From assembly GCA_963708025.1 (NCBI GenBank), contig CAVPSB010000018.1, positions 64,001-128,000 of the forward strand: DNA of 64,000 nt, read 5' to 3'. The notes beneath the pieces are model-generated. The model was not told the DNA's origin. It searched no databases and was given only the letters and a program-made list of their open reading frames with translations. The first letter of the stretch is position 1. Every line of letters begins with the position of its first letter. This document shows positions 52,768 through 63,181 of the stretch, piece after piece. Source of the DNA: an uncultured Candidatus Rokubacteria bacterium (GTDB taxonomy: Bacteria > Methylomirabilota > Methylomirabilia > Rokubacteriales > DASRDR01). Position numbers and translations under genes: made by a program.

Positions 52768-52806
52768 CAGTTCCGAGGGGCGGCGTCGAGCCGGCCCTCG
52801 GAACTG
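52768..52806. terminator. Hairpin after attR
   Basis: CAGTTCCGAGGG ... CCCTCGGAACTG. Confidence 0.5.
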
Positions 52807-52954
52807 TGCGGGCTCGGACCACCCGCTTCCCCGAACCGCCCTCCCGCCGCTTCCGTTTCCCGCTTCTTGAGTGCCTCCCACGCCACCCGCTGCACCGCCG
52901 TCCCATGGCTATTGGGCCGACCCCGTCCCGACCGGGCCGCCGGCAGCCAATCCC

Positions 52955-54112
52955 TCACGGCTTGATCGGCCCAACGTACCGCTTCGCGAGCACGAGCTGG
53001 TCGTAATACACCACGCTGGTTGACCCGCTGGGCACCTGGGTGGCGTAGTGGGTGATCCACATGTAGTTGAGCTTGAGGACGGCGTCATTGCGGTAGCGCA
53101 GACCGGGGAAGGACTGCGTCGCGGCGAGGTCGGGCCGAAAGTTGGTGCCCACATAGGTGCCCTTGGGTGTGCCGGGGCCGAACTCCTGGATCCGGTGGCC
53201 GTCGATCCAGAGCCCGAGCAAACCGTCGTGGTTGGCGGGCGTGTTCAACTTGACGTGAATCTCGACGCTGTACCAACGGTTGAGCAAGAAGGTTGGCTGA
53301 GAGTCAACGAGGAAGGAGTTGCCGGCAGCAGGCACCTTGAGCTGACCGGTGATGGGGTCGGGCTCGGTGGCCCCGACCCGAGGAGTGACGATGTCCCCCC
53401 AGGCCTTCATCTCGAACCAGTAGTTGTAGAAGTCGAAGAGGAAGACCGAGCCGGTCCGTCTGGAGACCTCCGCGGAGACTGCCAGGGCCTTGTCTCCGTC
53501 AGGCGCGGTGCAGCACAGGCCGATAGCTCCCTGAGTAATGAAGGGCTGGGCGATAGGATTGACGCCCCCGATGTACACCGTGGTGTGGTGGTACACCGAG
53601 TCGGTGTACTTGATGTAGTACCGCAGGTAGATCTCCTCGTGGCCAGCATCGAGGTAACGGTACAGGCTCCCTCCGGTCGAGCGGCTCGTGGCGGTGACCT
53701 TGAGTGACGAAGGATTCCCTGCACCCGCCGGGGAATCGGTCACCAAAGCCATGTTTCCCGGATTGCGGGCAGCGGTGTAGCGAGCCGTCAGGGCCCCCAC
53801 CGAGGCTTGATCGAAACTCTCGGCCCAGATCACGTCGGGGTCGGCTCCGATGCCCACGTCTCCGGGGTAGTCCGACGCCAGGCCGCCACTCGACGCGCCG
53901 CCGCCCGCAGATCCGCCCCCTCCACCCCTCGCGGCGCGGCCACCTCCTGACGCTCCTCCACCGGTAGCGCCTCCGGTGGCGCTACCCCCTGCTTGCGCAG
54001 ATCCGCCGGCAGCCCCTCCCGCCCCTCCCCCACCATGGCCTCCAGCACCCGACAACTCAGCAGATCCAGCGCATCCGATAATCAGGATCGACAGCAGCAG
54101 AGCGATTTGCAT
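52955..54112 (-). CDS. Lipoprotein with Gly-rich linker and beta-sandwich (polysaccharide lyase/LamG-like) domain
   Basis: IIGC lipobox, GGAG repeats, EIYLRYYIKY, NRWYSVEIHVKLNTP, LWIDG. Confidence 0.65.
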   Translation of the reverse strand: MQIALLLSILIIGCAGSAELSGAGGHGGGGAGGAAGGSAQAGGSATGGATGGGASGGGRAARGGGGGSAGGGASSGGLASDYPGDVGIGADPDVIWAESFDQASVGALTARYTAARNPGNMALVTDSPAGAGNPSSLKVTATSRSTGGSLYRYLDAGHEEIYLRYYIKYTDSVYHHTTVYIGGVNPIAQPFITQGAIGLCCTAPDGDKALAVSAEVSRRTGSVFLFDFYNYWFEMKAWGDIVTPRVGATEPDPITGQLKVPAAGNSFLVDSQPTFLLNRWYSVEIHVKLNTPANHDGLLGLWIDGHRIQEFGPGTPKGTYVGTNFRPDLAATQSFPGLRYRNDAVLKLNYMWITHYATQVPSGSTSVVYYDQLVLAKRYVGPIKP

Positions 54113-54934
54113 CTTCCACCACCCTGCAACTAGGCAACCACGCGCAACCCAACCTTTTGTCCAGTTCGGCAGGAGTGGGGTCAACATGATGCGCCCTTCT
54201 CTGGCCGAGCGAGGAGGATGAAACAGAACAGGGCGACAGCCAACCGCATCATGACGGGAACCTCCCGACCGTCGGGATGCTACGCCGGGTAGTAAAACGC
54301 GTCAACCGCCGCTTCTGCCTCTCGGACTAGGGAGCTACAGAGTCCTCCAGCTCCCCGCAGGGAAGGCCCCAGGGGTGGAGATAGATTGGTAGTAGCGCCT
54401 CTAGGCTCCGGCTGGGGGCGGTTTCTCCGGCGGGGCGTCCGGGGCGCTTGCACAGTTGGCTGCGGGGTTTCGGTAGGAGCAGGTTTCGGCGAGGCCCTTT
54501 CCAGACCGTCCGGCGTCGCGGCCGGCCCCGCTGTGGCAAACGAACCCCCATACTGCTTCAGGAAGAGATCAGCAGCTTCGAGCTCGGGTTGGAGACGCCC
54601 GCTGCTCCGAATCTGTCCAATCTTTCCTTTATCGCTTGAGGCCTCTTAGTCAGACCCCACTGGCGCTCAGGCAGTTCCGCAAAGATGTCTCGACCCCTTC
54701 AATAAAGTATTTCTGGAAGCGATCGGCGGCGAGTTCTCCAAGCGCTTGAGCATCGACATTCGCGTACACGCGGAGTATCCTGCCCCCGCGTCGCGTACAA
54801 CGGAGAACGAGTATTGCGCGAAGCAGAGAGAGCGCGCCTCGCGGACGACGGTAAACCGCGGCTCGCGGCGGCGGCTGATTAGGCCCCCGGATGGAGGTTG
54901 GCAAGGCCATGACGATGCGTCGACTCTCGTGGAG

Positions 54935-56155
54935 ATGAGACCACCGGCGGCGAGCGGTACGCCCGCGCTGGTGCTGGGCGGGCCGTCGGCGACCGCCCTC
55001 GCCGTCATTCGCAGTCTCGGACGGGCCCGTATCCCTCAATATGCGGTCGGGACGACGGGGAGCTTCGTCGCCCGCTCCCGCTGGCATCGCCCGCTGCCAC
55101 CTGTGAACGGCGGGACGCCCGCCGCGACGGAGCTGGGCCCGCTCCTGGCCGCGCTGCCCCTCGACCGGGCGGTCCTCTTCCCGTGTTCCGACGAGTGGGC
55201 GTTGGCCGTGGTCAGCCTCGATGGGACTTGGGCGGGGCGCTTCCCGATCAGCTCGCCTCCCCGCGCGAGCGTGGAGACGCTCGTTAACAAGGTGATGTTC
55301 TCGAAGCGGCTCCTCGAGCTGGGGATCCCCCATCCGCGCACGCTCCCCCTCCACTCCCCCGACGAACTGACGGACCTTACCGAGTCAGCACTCGCCGGCA
55401 CGTTCCTCAAGCCGCGGCACTCCCAGGCATTCGCGCGGCGCTACGGGGTCAAGGCCTTCCGCTTTCGCACCCGCGCAGAGGCCGTGATGCTGGCCCGTCA
55501 CGCCTCCGATGCCGGCATCGAGCTCATGTTGCAGGAGTACGTGCCCGGGCCCCCGGCGCGCCACTATATGATCGAGGGCTTCGTGGATCAGTCCGGCCAG
55601 ATCTCCGCCCGCTTCGTCCGGCAGCGCGTGCGGATGTATCCGCCCGACTTCGGCGACAGCACGTGCATGGTCACCACCGCGCTGGATGCGGTCCGGGACG
55701 CGATCGAGCCGCTGGACCGGCTCCTGGTGGCTCTCCGCTATCGGGGCATGTTCGAGGCGGAGTTCAAGCTCGACGATCGCGACGGCCGATTCAAGCTCCT
55801 CGAGGTCAACGCGCGCCCATGGATGTTCCTCGGCTTCGCGGCGGTTTGCGGTGTCAACTTCTGCGATATGGCCTACCGCGATGCGCTCGGTCTGCCGGTG
55901 GTCCCGGTCCACAGGTACGCGGTCGGCCGGCGCTTCATCATGCCGTACCTCGACGCCTTCAGCTGCTGGCGGCTCGTCCGCGACCACCGCCTCACGCTGT
56001 GGGACTGGGCTCGCTCCTGGATCGGCGCCGGCCATCTCGTGTTCGCCCGGGATGACCCGGCGCCTGCACTCGCGAGCGTCGTCGAACAACTCCGGCGGAT
56101 TTTCCAATCTGCATGGCGGCGTATCCCGAGCGCGTGGGCTCAAACGCGGCAATGA
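54935..56155 (+). CDS. ATP-grasp (carboxylate-amine ligase-like) protein
   Basis: LFPCSD, LKP, LQEYVPG, EFKLD, LLEVNAR. Confidence 0.8.
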   Translation: MRPPAASGTPALVLGGPSATALAVIRSLGRARIPQYAVGTTGSFVARSRWHRPLPPVNGGTPAATELGPLLAALPLDRAVLFPCSDEWALAVVSLDGTWAGRFPISSPPRASVETLVNKVMFSKRLLELGIPHPRTLPLHSPDELTDLTESALAGTFLKPRHSQAFARRYGVKAFRFRTRAEAVMLARHASDAGIELMLQEYVPGPPARHYMIEGFVDQSGQISARFVRQRVRMYPPDFGDSTCMVTTALDAVRDAIEPLDRLLVALRYRGMFEAEFKLDDRDGRFKLLEVNARPWMFLGFAAVCGVNFCDMAYRDALGLPVVPVHRYAVGRRFIMPYLDAFSCWRLVRDHRLTLWDWARSWIGAGHLVFARDDPAPALASVVEQLRRIFQSAWRRIPSAWAQTRQ

Positions 56156-56208
56156 CTGCAGACAAGGGTTTCCGCACTAACCGCCCTGGCTTTCGCCGCT
56201 GAACCACG

Positions 56209-56550
56209 ATGAAGAAGCGCCGCGCCCTCGCCACCCAGCCCGACGGGCTGGCCCACCGCATCGCCTCCGTGCGGCGGGGCCTCGGGCTGTCTCAGGGAGC
56301 CTCGGTGCCCGGCTGGGTGTTTCCCAGAACACCGTGGTCAGCTACGCGCGCGGCCAGACCCCGCGAACGACCATCCTTGACCGCATCGCGCAGGCTGGCG
56401 GGGTGACGGCGGAGTGGCTCCTGCACGGAACGGCCTCGGAGCGGGCCCCTCACTTCGACGTGACCAAGCCTGGCAGGAGGCCGTGGATCTGCTGCGCCAA
56501 GTGTGGCAGGACCCCAACCGCCGCGGGGCGGTGGTCAGCGTCTGAGAAGC
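56209..56550 (+). pseudogene. XRE-family HTH regulator, frameshifted
   Basis: RIASVRRGLGLSQ ... ILDRIAQAGGVTAEWLLHG across frames. Confidence 0.55.
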
Positions 56551-56744
56551 GAGTCTCCCTCGGGCCGTCCTCCCGATGCCACGGATGCTACGGCAGGCGT
56601 CGACGCGGGCCGGGAGCGCGGGGGTTGGGTTTGGCCTGTTTTCCTGGTATTTCTTTGGTGTCCGCGGACGTCTCGGTCGTGATGCTCCACCCCGGGTGAC
56701 CCGAGGGGGTGACGCCGGGCTCGAACTCGCAGGGGGGTGCGAAC

Positions 56745-58350
56745 ATGGCTGGTCCGGCCAAGCAGCGATCGTCGAAGCGGGCTCCCGAGGCCGCGCCGGA
56801 GCGGGCGGCCGGGAAGAAGGTGACGCTCCCGTACACCGGCAAGGAGTTCCTGGAGAGCCTCGACGACGGCCGCGAGGTCTGGATCTACGGCGCGCGCGTC
56901 AAGAAGATCACCGCGCACCCGGCATTCCAGAACTGTGCCCGGATGATCGCGCGCCTGTACGACGCACTCCACGAGGACCACGCGAGCGGCAAGAACGTGC
57001 TCACCGGGCCCAGCGAGTGGGGTGGGTTCACCCACCGCTTCTTCCGGGCGCCGACCACCGTGGAGGAGCAGGTCGCGGGGCGCGACGCCATCGCCGCGTG
57101 GGCGCGCGTCACCTGGGGGTGGCTCGGACGGTCGCCCGATTACAAGGCGGCCTTCCTCGGGACGCTGGGGGCGAACGCGGAATTCTACGCCCCCTACCAG
57201 GACAACGCCCGACGCTGGTACCGGTTCTCGCAGGAGCGCGTCCCCTTCATCAACCACGCGATCATCCACCCGCCGGTCGACCGCAACATGGCGCCGGGGG
57301 CGCCGGGCGGTCCCACCGACATCTACGCGCGCGTCACCAAGGAGACCGCCGGGGGGATCTACGTCTCCGGCGCCAAGGTGGTGGCGACGGGCTCGGCGCT
57401 GACCCACTTCACCTTCGTCGCCCACCACGGGCTCATCCCGGTGCAGGGCAAGAACTTCGCGGTCGTCTTCATGGTGCCGACCAGCGCGAAGGGGGTGAAG
57501 CTCATCTGCCGGGTCTCGAACGAGCTGCGCGCCGCCACGCTGGGCAGCCCGTTCGACTATCCGCTCTCCAGCCGGCTGGACGAGAACGACGCCATCTTCG
57601 TGATGGACAACGTGTTCGTGCCCTGGGAAGACGTGTTCGTCTACGCCGACGTCGAGAAGGCGAACAACTTCTTCCCGCGCACCGGCTTCCTCCCCCGGGC
57701 CCTCATCCACGGCTGCACGCGGCTGGCGGTCAAGCTCGACTTCATCACCGGCCTCCTGATCAAGGCCACCGAGGTCACCGGCGCCCGGACGTTCCGGGGC
57801 GTGGAGGCGAACATCGGCGAGGTCATCGCCTGGCGCAACATGATCTGGGGGCTGTCCGACGCGATGGCCAAGACCGCCGACCCGTGGACCGGCGGCTGCA
57901 TCCTGCCCGGCATGGAGCCGGCCGCCGCCTACCAGGTGCTGGCGCCCGAGGCCTACGTCCAGGTCAAGAACCTCATCGAGAAGACCGTGGCCAGCGGACT
58001 CATCTACCTGAACTCGCACGCCCGCGACTTCAAGACGCCGGACCTCCGGAAGTACCTCGACCTCTACCTGCGGGGCTCGGGCGGGGTGGACGCCATCGAC
58101 CGGGTCAAGCTGATGAAGCTCCTGTGGGACGCGATCGGGACCGAGTTCGGCGGCCGGCACGAGCTGTACGAGATCAACTACTCCGGGAGCCACGAGGAGA
58201 TCCGGCGCTACGCGCTGTTCGGAGCGCTGGCCTCCGGGCCAGTACGATCGCTGGAAGCAGTTCGCCGAGTCGTGCATGGCCGAGTACGACCTCGACGGGT
58301 GGAAGGCGAAGGATCTCGTCAACACCGATGGGCTGAGCGCACTGCGCTGA
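56745..58350 (+). CDS. 4-hydroxyphenylacetate 3-monooxygenase-family oxygenase (HpaB/PheA1-like); frameshift near 58240
   Basis: [44 protein letters not shown]. Confidence 0.9.
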
Positions 58351-58370
58351 TCGCCTGTCAACGAATCGGA

Positions 58371-58438
58371 CCTCCGGCTCCCCCCTCCCCCCAGCGGGTG
58401 GGGGAGGGGGGTTGGGGGGGTAGGCGGGAGGCTTCGAA
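58371..58438 (+). repeat. G/C-tract repeat, copy 7
   Basis: Core repeat between oxygenase and reductase genes. Confidence 0.85.
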
Positions 58439-58441
58439 CTG

Positions 58442-58966
58442 ATGCCGCGCGGCCTGGACGAGCGCGTGTTCCGCCGCGCGCTCGGCCGCTTCGCCACCGG
58501 CGTGATCGTGCTGACCGCCGGCTCCCGGCGCGCGCCGCACGCGATGACCGCCAACGCGTTCATGTCGGGCTCGCTGAGGCCGCCGCTGGTAGTGGTGTCG
58601 GTGGGCCGCGCGGCCCGCATGCACGCGCGGCTGATCGGTGCCCGGCGGTTCGGCGTCAGCATCCTCGACCAGGCCCAGGAGCCGGCCAGCCGCCACTTCG
58701 CGGGCCAGGCCGTCGCCGGCTTCGCCCCGGAGTTCGCGGAGCTGGCCAGGGTCCCCGTGCTCGCCACCGCCGCGGTGGTGATCGCGGCCCGGATCACGCA
58801 TCGCTACGGGTGCGGCGATCACACCCTGTTCGTGGGCGAGGTCGAGGATCTGGCCGTCAGCGTGGCGGCGCCGCCACTCCTCTACTACGAAGGCCGGTAC
58901 GGAGTGCTCGAAGCCTTTCCGTCGGCGCCCGGGCGGAGTCCGGAGCCCTTCCCGTCCTTCTTCTGA
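58442..58966 (+). CDS. Flavin reductase (HpaC-like)
   Basis: FRRALGRFATGV, MTANAF, GDHTLFVGEV. Confidence 0.9.
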   Translation: MPRGLDERVFRRALGRFATGVIVLTAGSRRAPHAMTANAFMSGSLRPPLVVVSVGRAARMHARLIGARRFGVSILDQAQEPASRHFAGQAVAGFAPEFAELARVPVLATAAVVIAARITHRYGCGDHTLFVGEVEDLAVSVAAPPLLYYEGRYGVLEAFPSAPGRSPEPFPSFF

Positions 58967-58987
58967 ACGCGTGTGAAGGAATGGCGT

Positions 58988-59048
58988 CCTCCGGCTCCCC
59001 CCTCCCCCCGGTGGGTGGGGGAGGGGGGCTGGGGGGGTGGGCGGGAGG
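58988..59048 (+). repeat. G/C-tract repeat, copy 8
   Basis: Core repeat preceded by TGA-ACGCGTGTGAAGGAAT. Confidence 0.85.
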
Positions 59049-59076
59049 TGTATGGTTGACGGGCAGGAGCTGCGCC

Positions 59077-60220
59077 ATGATCAAGGCCGACGACTTCCTG
59101 GTTCCCGCCCGCGCCCGCGGGTTCGACTTCTACGCCGGGGTCCCGTGCTCGTTCCTGACACCGATCATCAACCGGGTCATCGGCGACCCGGCCATCGAGT
59201 ACGTCGGGGCGGCCAGCGAAGGCGAGGCGGTGGCCATCGCGGCCGGCGCCTGGCTGGCCGGGCGGCGGACGGTCGTGATGTGCCAGAACTCGGGCCTCGG
59301 CAACGCGGTCAACCCGCTCACCTCGCTGAGCTTCCCCTTCCGGATCCCGACGCTGCTCATCGTGACCTGGCGCGGCCAGCCCGGACTCGCCGACGAGCCC
59401 CAGCACGAGCTGATGGGCGAGATCACCGGCGCCCTGCTCGACACCATGCGCATCCCGCGCCGGAGCTTCCCGACGACCGAGGGCGCCGTCGCCGAGGCGC
59501 TGGCCGCGGCCGAGGCCGAGATGGACGCGCACCAGCCTTCCCTTCGCCTTCATCATGGAGAAGGACAGCGTGCGCGACGACGGCCTCGACGAGCGGGCGC
59601 CGGGCCCCCGGCCGCCGGGGACGCATCGCGACCTCCGGGCGCACGGCCCGCGACCGTCGCGGGCCGCGGTGCTGGAGCGCTTCCTGGCCGTGGTGGCGGA
59701 CGCCGCCGCGGTGATCGCGACGACCGGGAAGTGCGGCCGCGAGCTGTTCACCCTCGCCGACCGGCCGCAGCACCTCTACCAGGTGGGCTCCATGGGATGC
59801 GCCGGGCCGATGGGGCTCGGGGTGGCGCTGAACGTGCGCCGGCCGGTCGTCGTGCTCGACGGGGACGGCGCCGCGCTCATGAAGCTGGGGGCGATGGCGA
59901 CCATCGGGGCCCGGGCCCCCCGGAACCTGGTGCACGTCGTGCTCGACAACGGCGTGCACGACTCGACGGGCGGGCAGGCGACGGTCTCGGCCAGCGTGGA
60001 CTTCGCGGCGGTGGCGCTGGCCTGTGGCTACGCGACGGGGACGCTCTGCGACGACCTCGCCGGCTTCGAGCAGGCCTTCACCGCGACCCGCGATCTCCCT
60101 GGGCCCCATCTCGTCCACGTCCGGATCGCGCCCGGGTCGATGACCCGTCTGGGCCGCCCGACCGTCAAGCCCCCCGAGGTCGCGCGCCGCTTCCAGCGGT
60201 TCCTGGCCGGCGCCGGGTAG
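59077..60220 (+). CDS. Phosphonopyruvate decarboxylase-like TPP enzyme; frameshift near 59538
   Basis: GVPCS, QNSGLGNAVNPLTSL, DEPQHELMG, GSMG, DGDGAALM, NGVHDSTGGQ. Confidence 0.85.
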
Positions 60221-60283
60221 CCGCCCCGGTCCGGCGGCTCCTGGCCGTGACAGCGGCCGGGCGGCGTTGCTATAGTGCCCGCG

Positions 60284-60814
60284 ATGGCCAGGAATCGGTG
60301 GCTCGAGTGGGCCGAGGATCCCGAGCATCGCCGCCGGGTGTCGCTCCTGCGCGCGGCGCCGGTCTTCGCGGGGCTGCCGCGCCGGCTCCTCGGCCGGCTG
60401 GCCGTCCGGTTCGTCGAGAAGGCCTACGGCCCGGGTGACCTGGTCTTCCGGGAGGGCGATCCTGGCAAGGCGCTCTTCGTCCTCCGGGAGGGCGCGGTGT
60501 CGATCAGCCGGGCGACCGCCGACGGCGAGCGGATCCTGCGTGCACTCGAGCCCGGCGACTGCTTCGGCGAGATGGCGCTGATCGACGATTTCCCTCGATC
60601 GGCGTCGGCCGCGGTCACCGCCCCGACGCACCTCCTCATCCTCTACAAGAGTGACTTCGATGCGCTGGTCGAGGGCCAGCCCCGAATCGCGCTGGTGACG
60701 CTGCAGAACCTGCTCCGGATCCTGGCCACCTACGTCCGGAGCGCGCCGCCGCCGATGGCGGTGGAGCACTCCGGGGCGGGCGACGGCCGGGCCGGGACGG
60801 ACGCGGGACGATGA
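60284..60814 (+). CDS. Cyclic nucleotide-binding domain protein
   Basis: VFREGDPG, FGEMAL, PRSASA. Confidence 0.88.
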   Translation: MARNRWLEWAEDPEHRRRVSLLRAAPVFAGLPRRLLGRLAVRFVEKAYGPGDLVFREGDPGKALFVLREGAVSISRATADGERILRALEPGDCFGEMALIDDFPRSASAAVTAPTHLLILYKSDFDALVEGQPRIALVTLQNLLRILATYVRSAPPPMAVEHSGAGDGRAGTDAGR

Positions 60815-61902
60815 TCGGCGCGCGGCGCGCACGCCCGACGTTCCCGGTGTGGCTGGTCGCCGTCGGCGTGCTCGCCCTCGGCTACCTCTTCCGGGGGCTC
60901 CTGGTTCCGCTCCTGGTGGCCATGGCGATGGCCTACCTGCTGAATCCCCTCGTCGCGTGGGCGGATGGCTTCGGGATCCGGCGGACCGTGGCCGTCGCGG
61001 CGCTCTATGTGGGGCTGGCCATCCTCGTGATCGGCGCCGCCGTCGCCCTCGGCCCCCGGCTCCGTGTCGAGGCCACCGGGCTCGCCGACCGGCTGCCGTC
61101 CCTGGTGGACGAGGTGGACGCGGCCCTCGTGCTGGCCGGCCGTGACCTCGCGATCGCGGTTCCCGCCACCCGGCGCTTTCTGCCGAGCAGCGAGGCGCGC
61201 CGGGGCTGGATCGAGCAGCTCCTCGAGGGCCGGGGCGGCCGGCTGGCCGACGTCCTCGAGAACGCCGGGCACCTGCTCCTCCTCTCGGTTCTGGTCCCGT
61301 TCTTCGCCTTCTTCCTGCTCCGCGACACCCGGCATCTCATCACGCTCCTGCTGAACCGGGTGCCGCCCGCCCACATCGAGACCTCCGTCGCCACCTGGGG
61401 TGTGATCAACCGGATCATCGGCGGGTACCTCCGGGGCGTCGCCCTGGACGGGCTCGTCATCGCGGTCCTCGCCTCGCTCGGCCTGTGGGCGCTGGGCGTG
61501 CCGTATCCCGTCCTGCTCGGCGCCTTCGCGGGGCTGGCCAACACGGTTCCCGTCGTGGGGCCGCTCCTGGGCGCCGGCGCCGCTGGCCTGGTCGTCCTCA
61601 CCGACGGCCGCGGGCTGGCCGCGATCGGGGGCGTCCTGCTCCTCTTCCTCGTGCTCAAGCTTCTCGACGACACCGTCATCCAGCCCCTGACCATCGGGCG
61701 GAGCGTGCACCTGCACCCCGTGCTCCTGCTCAGCTCGGTGGTGGCCGGCGGTCAGGCCTTCGGCATCCTGGGCATGGTGATCGCCGTGCCGCTGACGACC
61801 GTGCTCCAGGAGACGATCCGCCTCTGGCTCGAGCACCAGCGGGCCCTCGCCGCCCACCCGCACGCCCGGGAGGCCACGAGCCCGGCCCACTTCGTCTGCT
61901 GA
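60811..61902 (+). CDS. AI-2E family transporter
   Basis: AYLLNPLV, VPVVGP, LHPV, GILG. Confidence 0.85.
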   Translation: MIGARRARPTFPVWLVAVGVLALGYLFRGLLVPLLVAMAMAYLLNPLVAWADGFGIRRTVAVAALYVGLAILVIGAAVALGPRLRVEATGLADRLPSLVDEVDAALVLAGRDLAIAVPATRRFLPSSEARRGWIEQLLEGRGGRLADVLENAGHLLLLSVLVPFFAFFLLRDTRHLITLLLNRVPPAHIETSVATWGVINRIIGGYLRGVALDGLVIAVLASLGLWALGVPYPVLLGAFAGLANTVPVVGPLLGAGAAGLVVLTDGRGLAAIGGVLLLFLVLKLLDDTVIQPLTIGRSVHLHPVLLLSSVVAGGQAFGILGMVIAVPLTTVLQETIRLWLEHQRALAAHPHAREATSPAHFVC

Positions 61903-61907
61903 GGATC

Positions 61908-61990
61908 TTCGGGGGGGTCTCGGAAGACCCCCCCGATTCCCCCCCCTCGGAGGCCGTGACTGTTGGACGGCCTTCGGCCTTTGGGCCGCG
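61908..61990 (+). repeat. Second repeat family (GGGGGGTCTCGGAAGACCCCCC hairpin) plus GGACGGCCTTCGGCCTTTGG module
   Basis: Related hairpin at 63587-63650. Confidence 0.6.
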
Positions 61991-62077
61991 GCTCGAAGCG
62001 GAACGCCACGACCGCGCGGCCAGAATCGAGGGGTTGCGAGAAGCCGATGGGGCCCGCCCGCGTGTGAAGGTTTGGGT

Positions 62078-62199
62078 CCTCCGACTCCCCCCTCCCCCGT
62101 GCGACGGAGGGACGGGACGTCGCGAGGGCCGCAGGCCCGAGCCGTCCCGGCGATCCCGTCAGACGGGAGGGGGTTGGGGGGTGGGCGGGAGGTCCCGAA
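62078..62199 (+). repeat. G/C-tract repeat, copy 9 (large internal hairpin insert)
   Basis: Same ends; internal GGGACG...CGTCCC insert. Confidence 0.8.
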
Positions 62200-62202
62200 C
62201 AA

Positions 62203-62823
62203 TCAGGGCGGGGAGGCGAAGCGCGTCAGCAGCTCCTCGAAGTCGCCGGCCGGGAGGGCCTCTGCCCACTGGCGCGCCTCCGGGTCCTTGCCGTAGTACT
62301 CGCCCATGTAGACCACGGCCTCCTGCTTCGTCCGGAAGAGCCGCCAGCGATGGGCGACGCGGCTCCCGGCCCGCCGGAGGAGGAAGACCGGGTCCGCCGG
62401 GGAGGCCGGCTCGTACTCGCTCCGCGCGCCGGACTGGTCGTAGGTGATCCAGGCCACCGCGATCCCGTGCGCGGACAGGACCCGGGCGCGCAGCGATTCC
62501 TCGCTCGGCAGCGATTCCACGTCGGCCAGGCGCGGCCCGTAGTAGACGGGGACGCCGGCGTCGTCCACGGCGAGGAGGGGCGCGATCGGCCCCTCGCCGG
62601 CGGCGTCGAGCGCGCGCCGGGATTCCTCGCCGACCCAGAAGAACCCCGTCGGCGGCCCCGCCCGCTTCGTGCCGTACGCCACCCGGCGGGCCGCCTCGTC
62701 CCCCAGCCACGCGATGTCCGGGGTGTGGAGGTCCTGCCAGACCTCGACCAGCACGCCCGGGCCGACGCGCCCCCGCCGCCGGTCGATCTCGGCCTTGTCG
62801 GCGAGGAGGTAGAGGCGGGCCAT
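62203..62823 (-). CDS. Conserved hypothetical protein
   Basis: 206 aa ORF with high third-position GC; no recognised motif. Confidence 0.7.
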   Translation of the reverse strand: MARLYLLADKAEIDRRRGRVGPGVLVEVWQDLHTPDIAWLGDEAARRVAYGTKRAGPPTGFFWVGEESRRALDAAGEGPIAPLLAVDDAGVPVYYGPRLADVESLPSEESLRARVLSAHGIAVAWITYDQSGARSEYEPASPADPVFLLRRAGSRVAHRWRLFRTKQEAVVYMGEYYGKDPEARQWAEALPAGDFEELLTRFASPP

Positions 62824-63181
62824 GGGCCGAAGGTAACATGGACGGTCTCGAGCGACAGGCGATCAGCTCGGCTTCGAGCGTCCCGGCCGAAGCCCGCCCC
62901 GCGGCCCAACCAGTTCGGCGAGCGCGTCCGCGAGGTCTACGAGAGCCCCAGGATGCGCCCGTACTTCCGCTCGGCCCCGTAGCCTCGCCCGCCAGGTCCG
63001 TCGCGGGGCTGTGACGCACGGCGTGAGAGGCTGCCCCTCACGGTATCGATCTTGCCCAAGGTCATGCAGAGACCGGCGCCCGCCTCGCGCCGCTGGGAAC
63101 GGACTGCCTGCGCCGTCAGGCGCTGGCTTTGGAATCACGCGGAGCGGGATCCGCGAGAGAGGCCTCCGCAGCTCGAAGGGT

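Noticed and set aside
62860-62982. Possible gene C-terminal relic (ERVREVYESPRMRPYFRSAP)
   Set aside because: Too short to assign without a search
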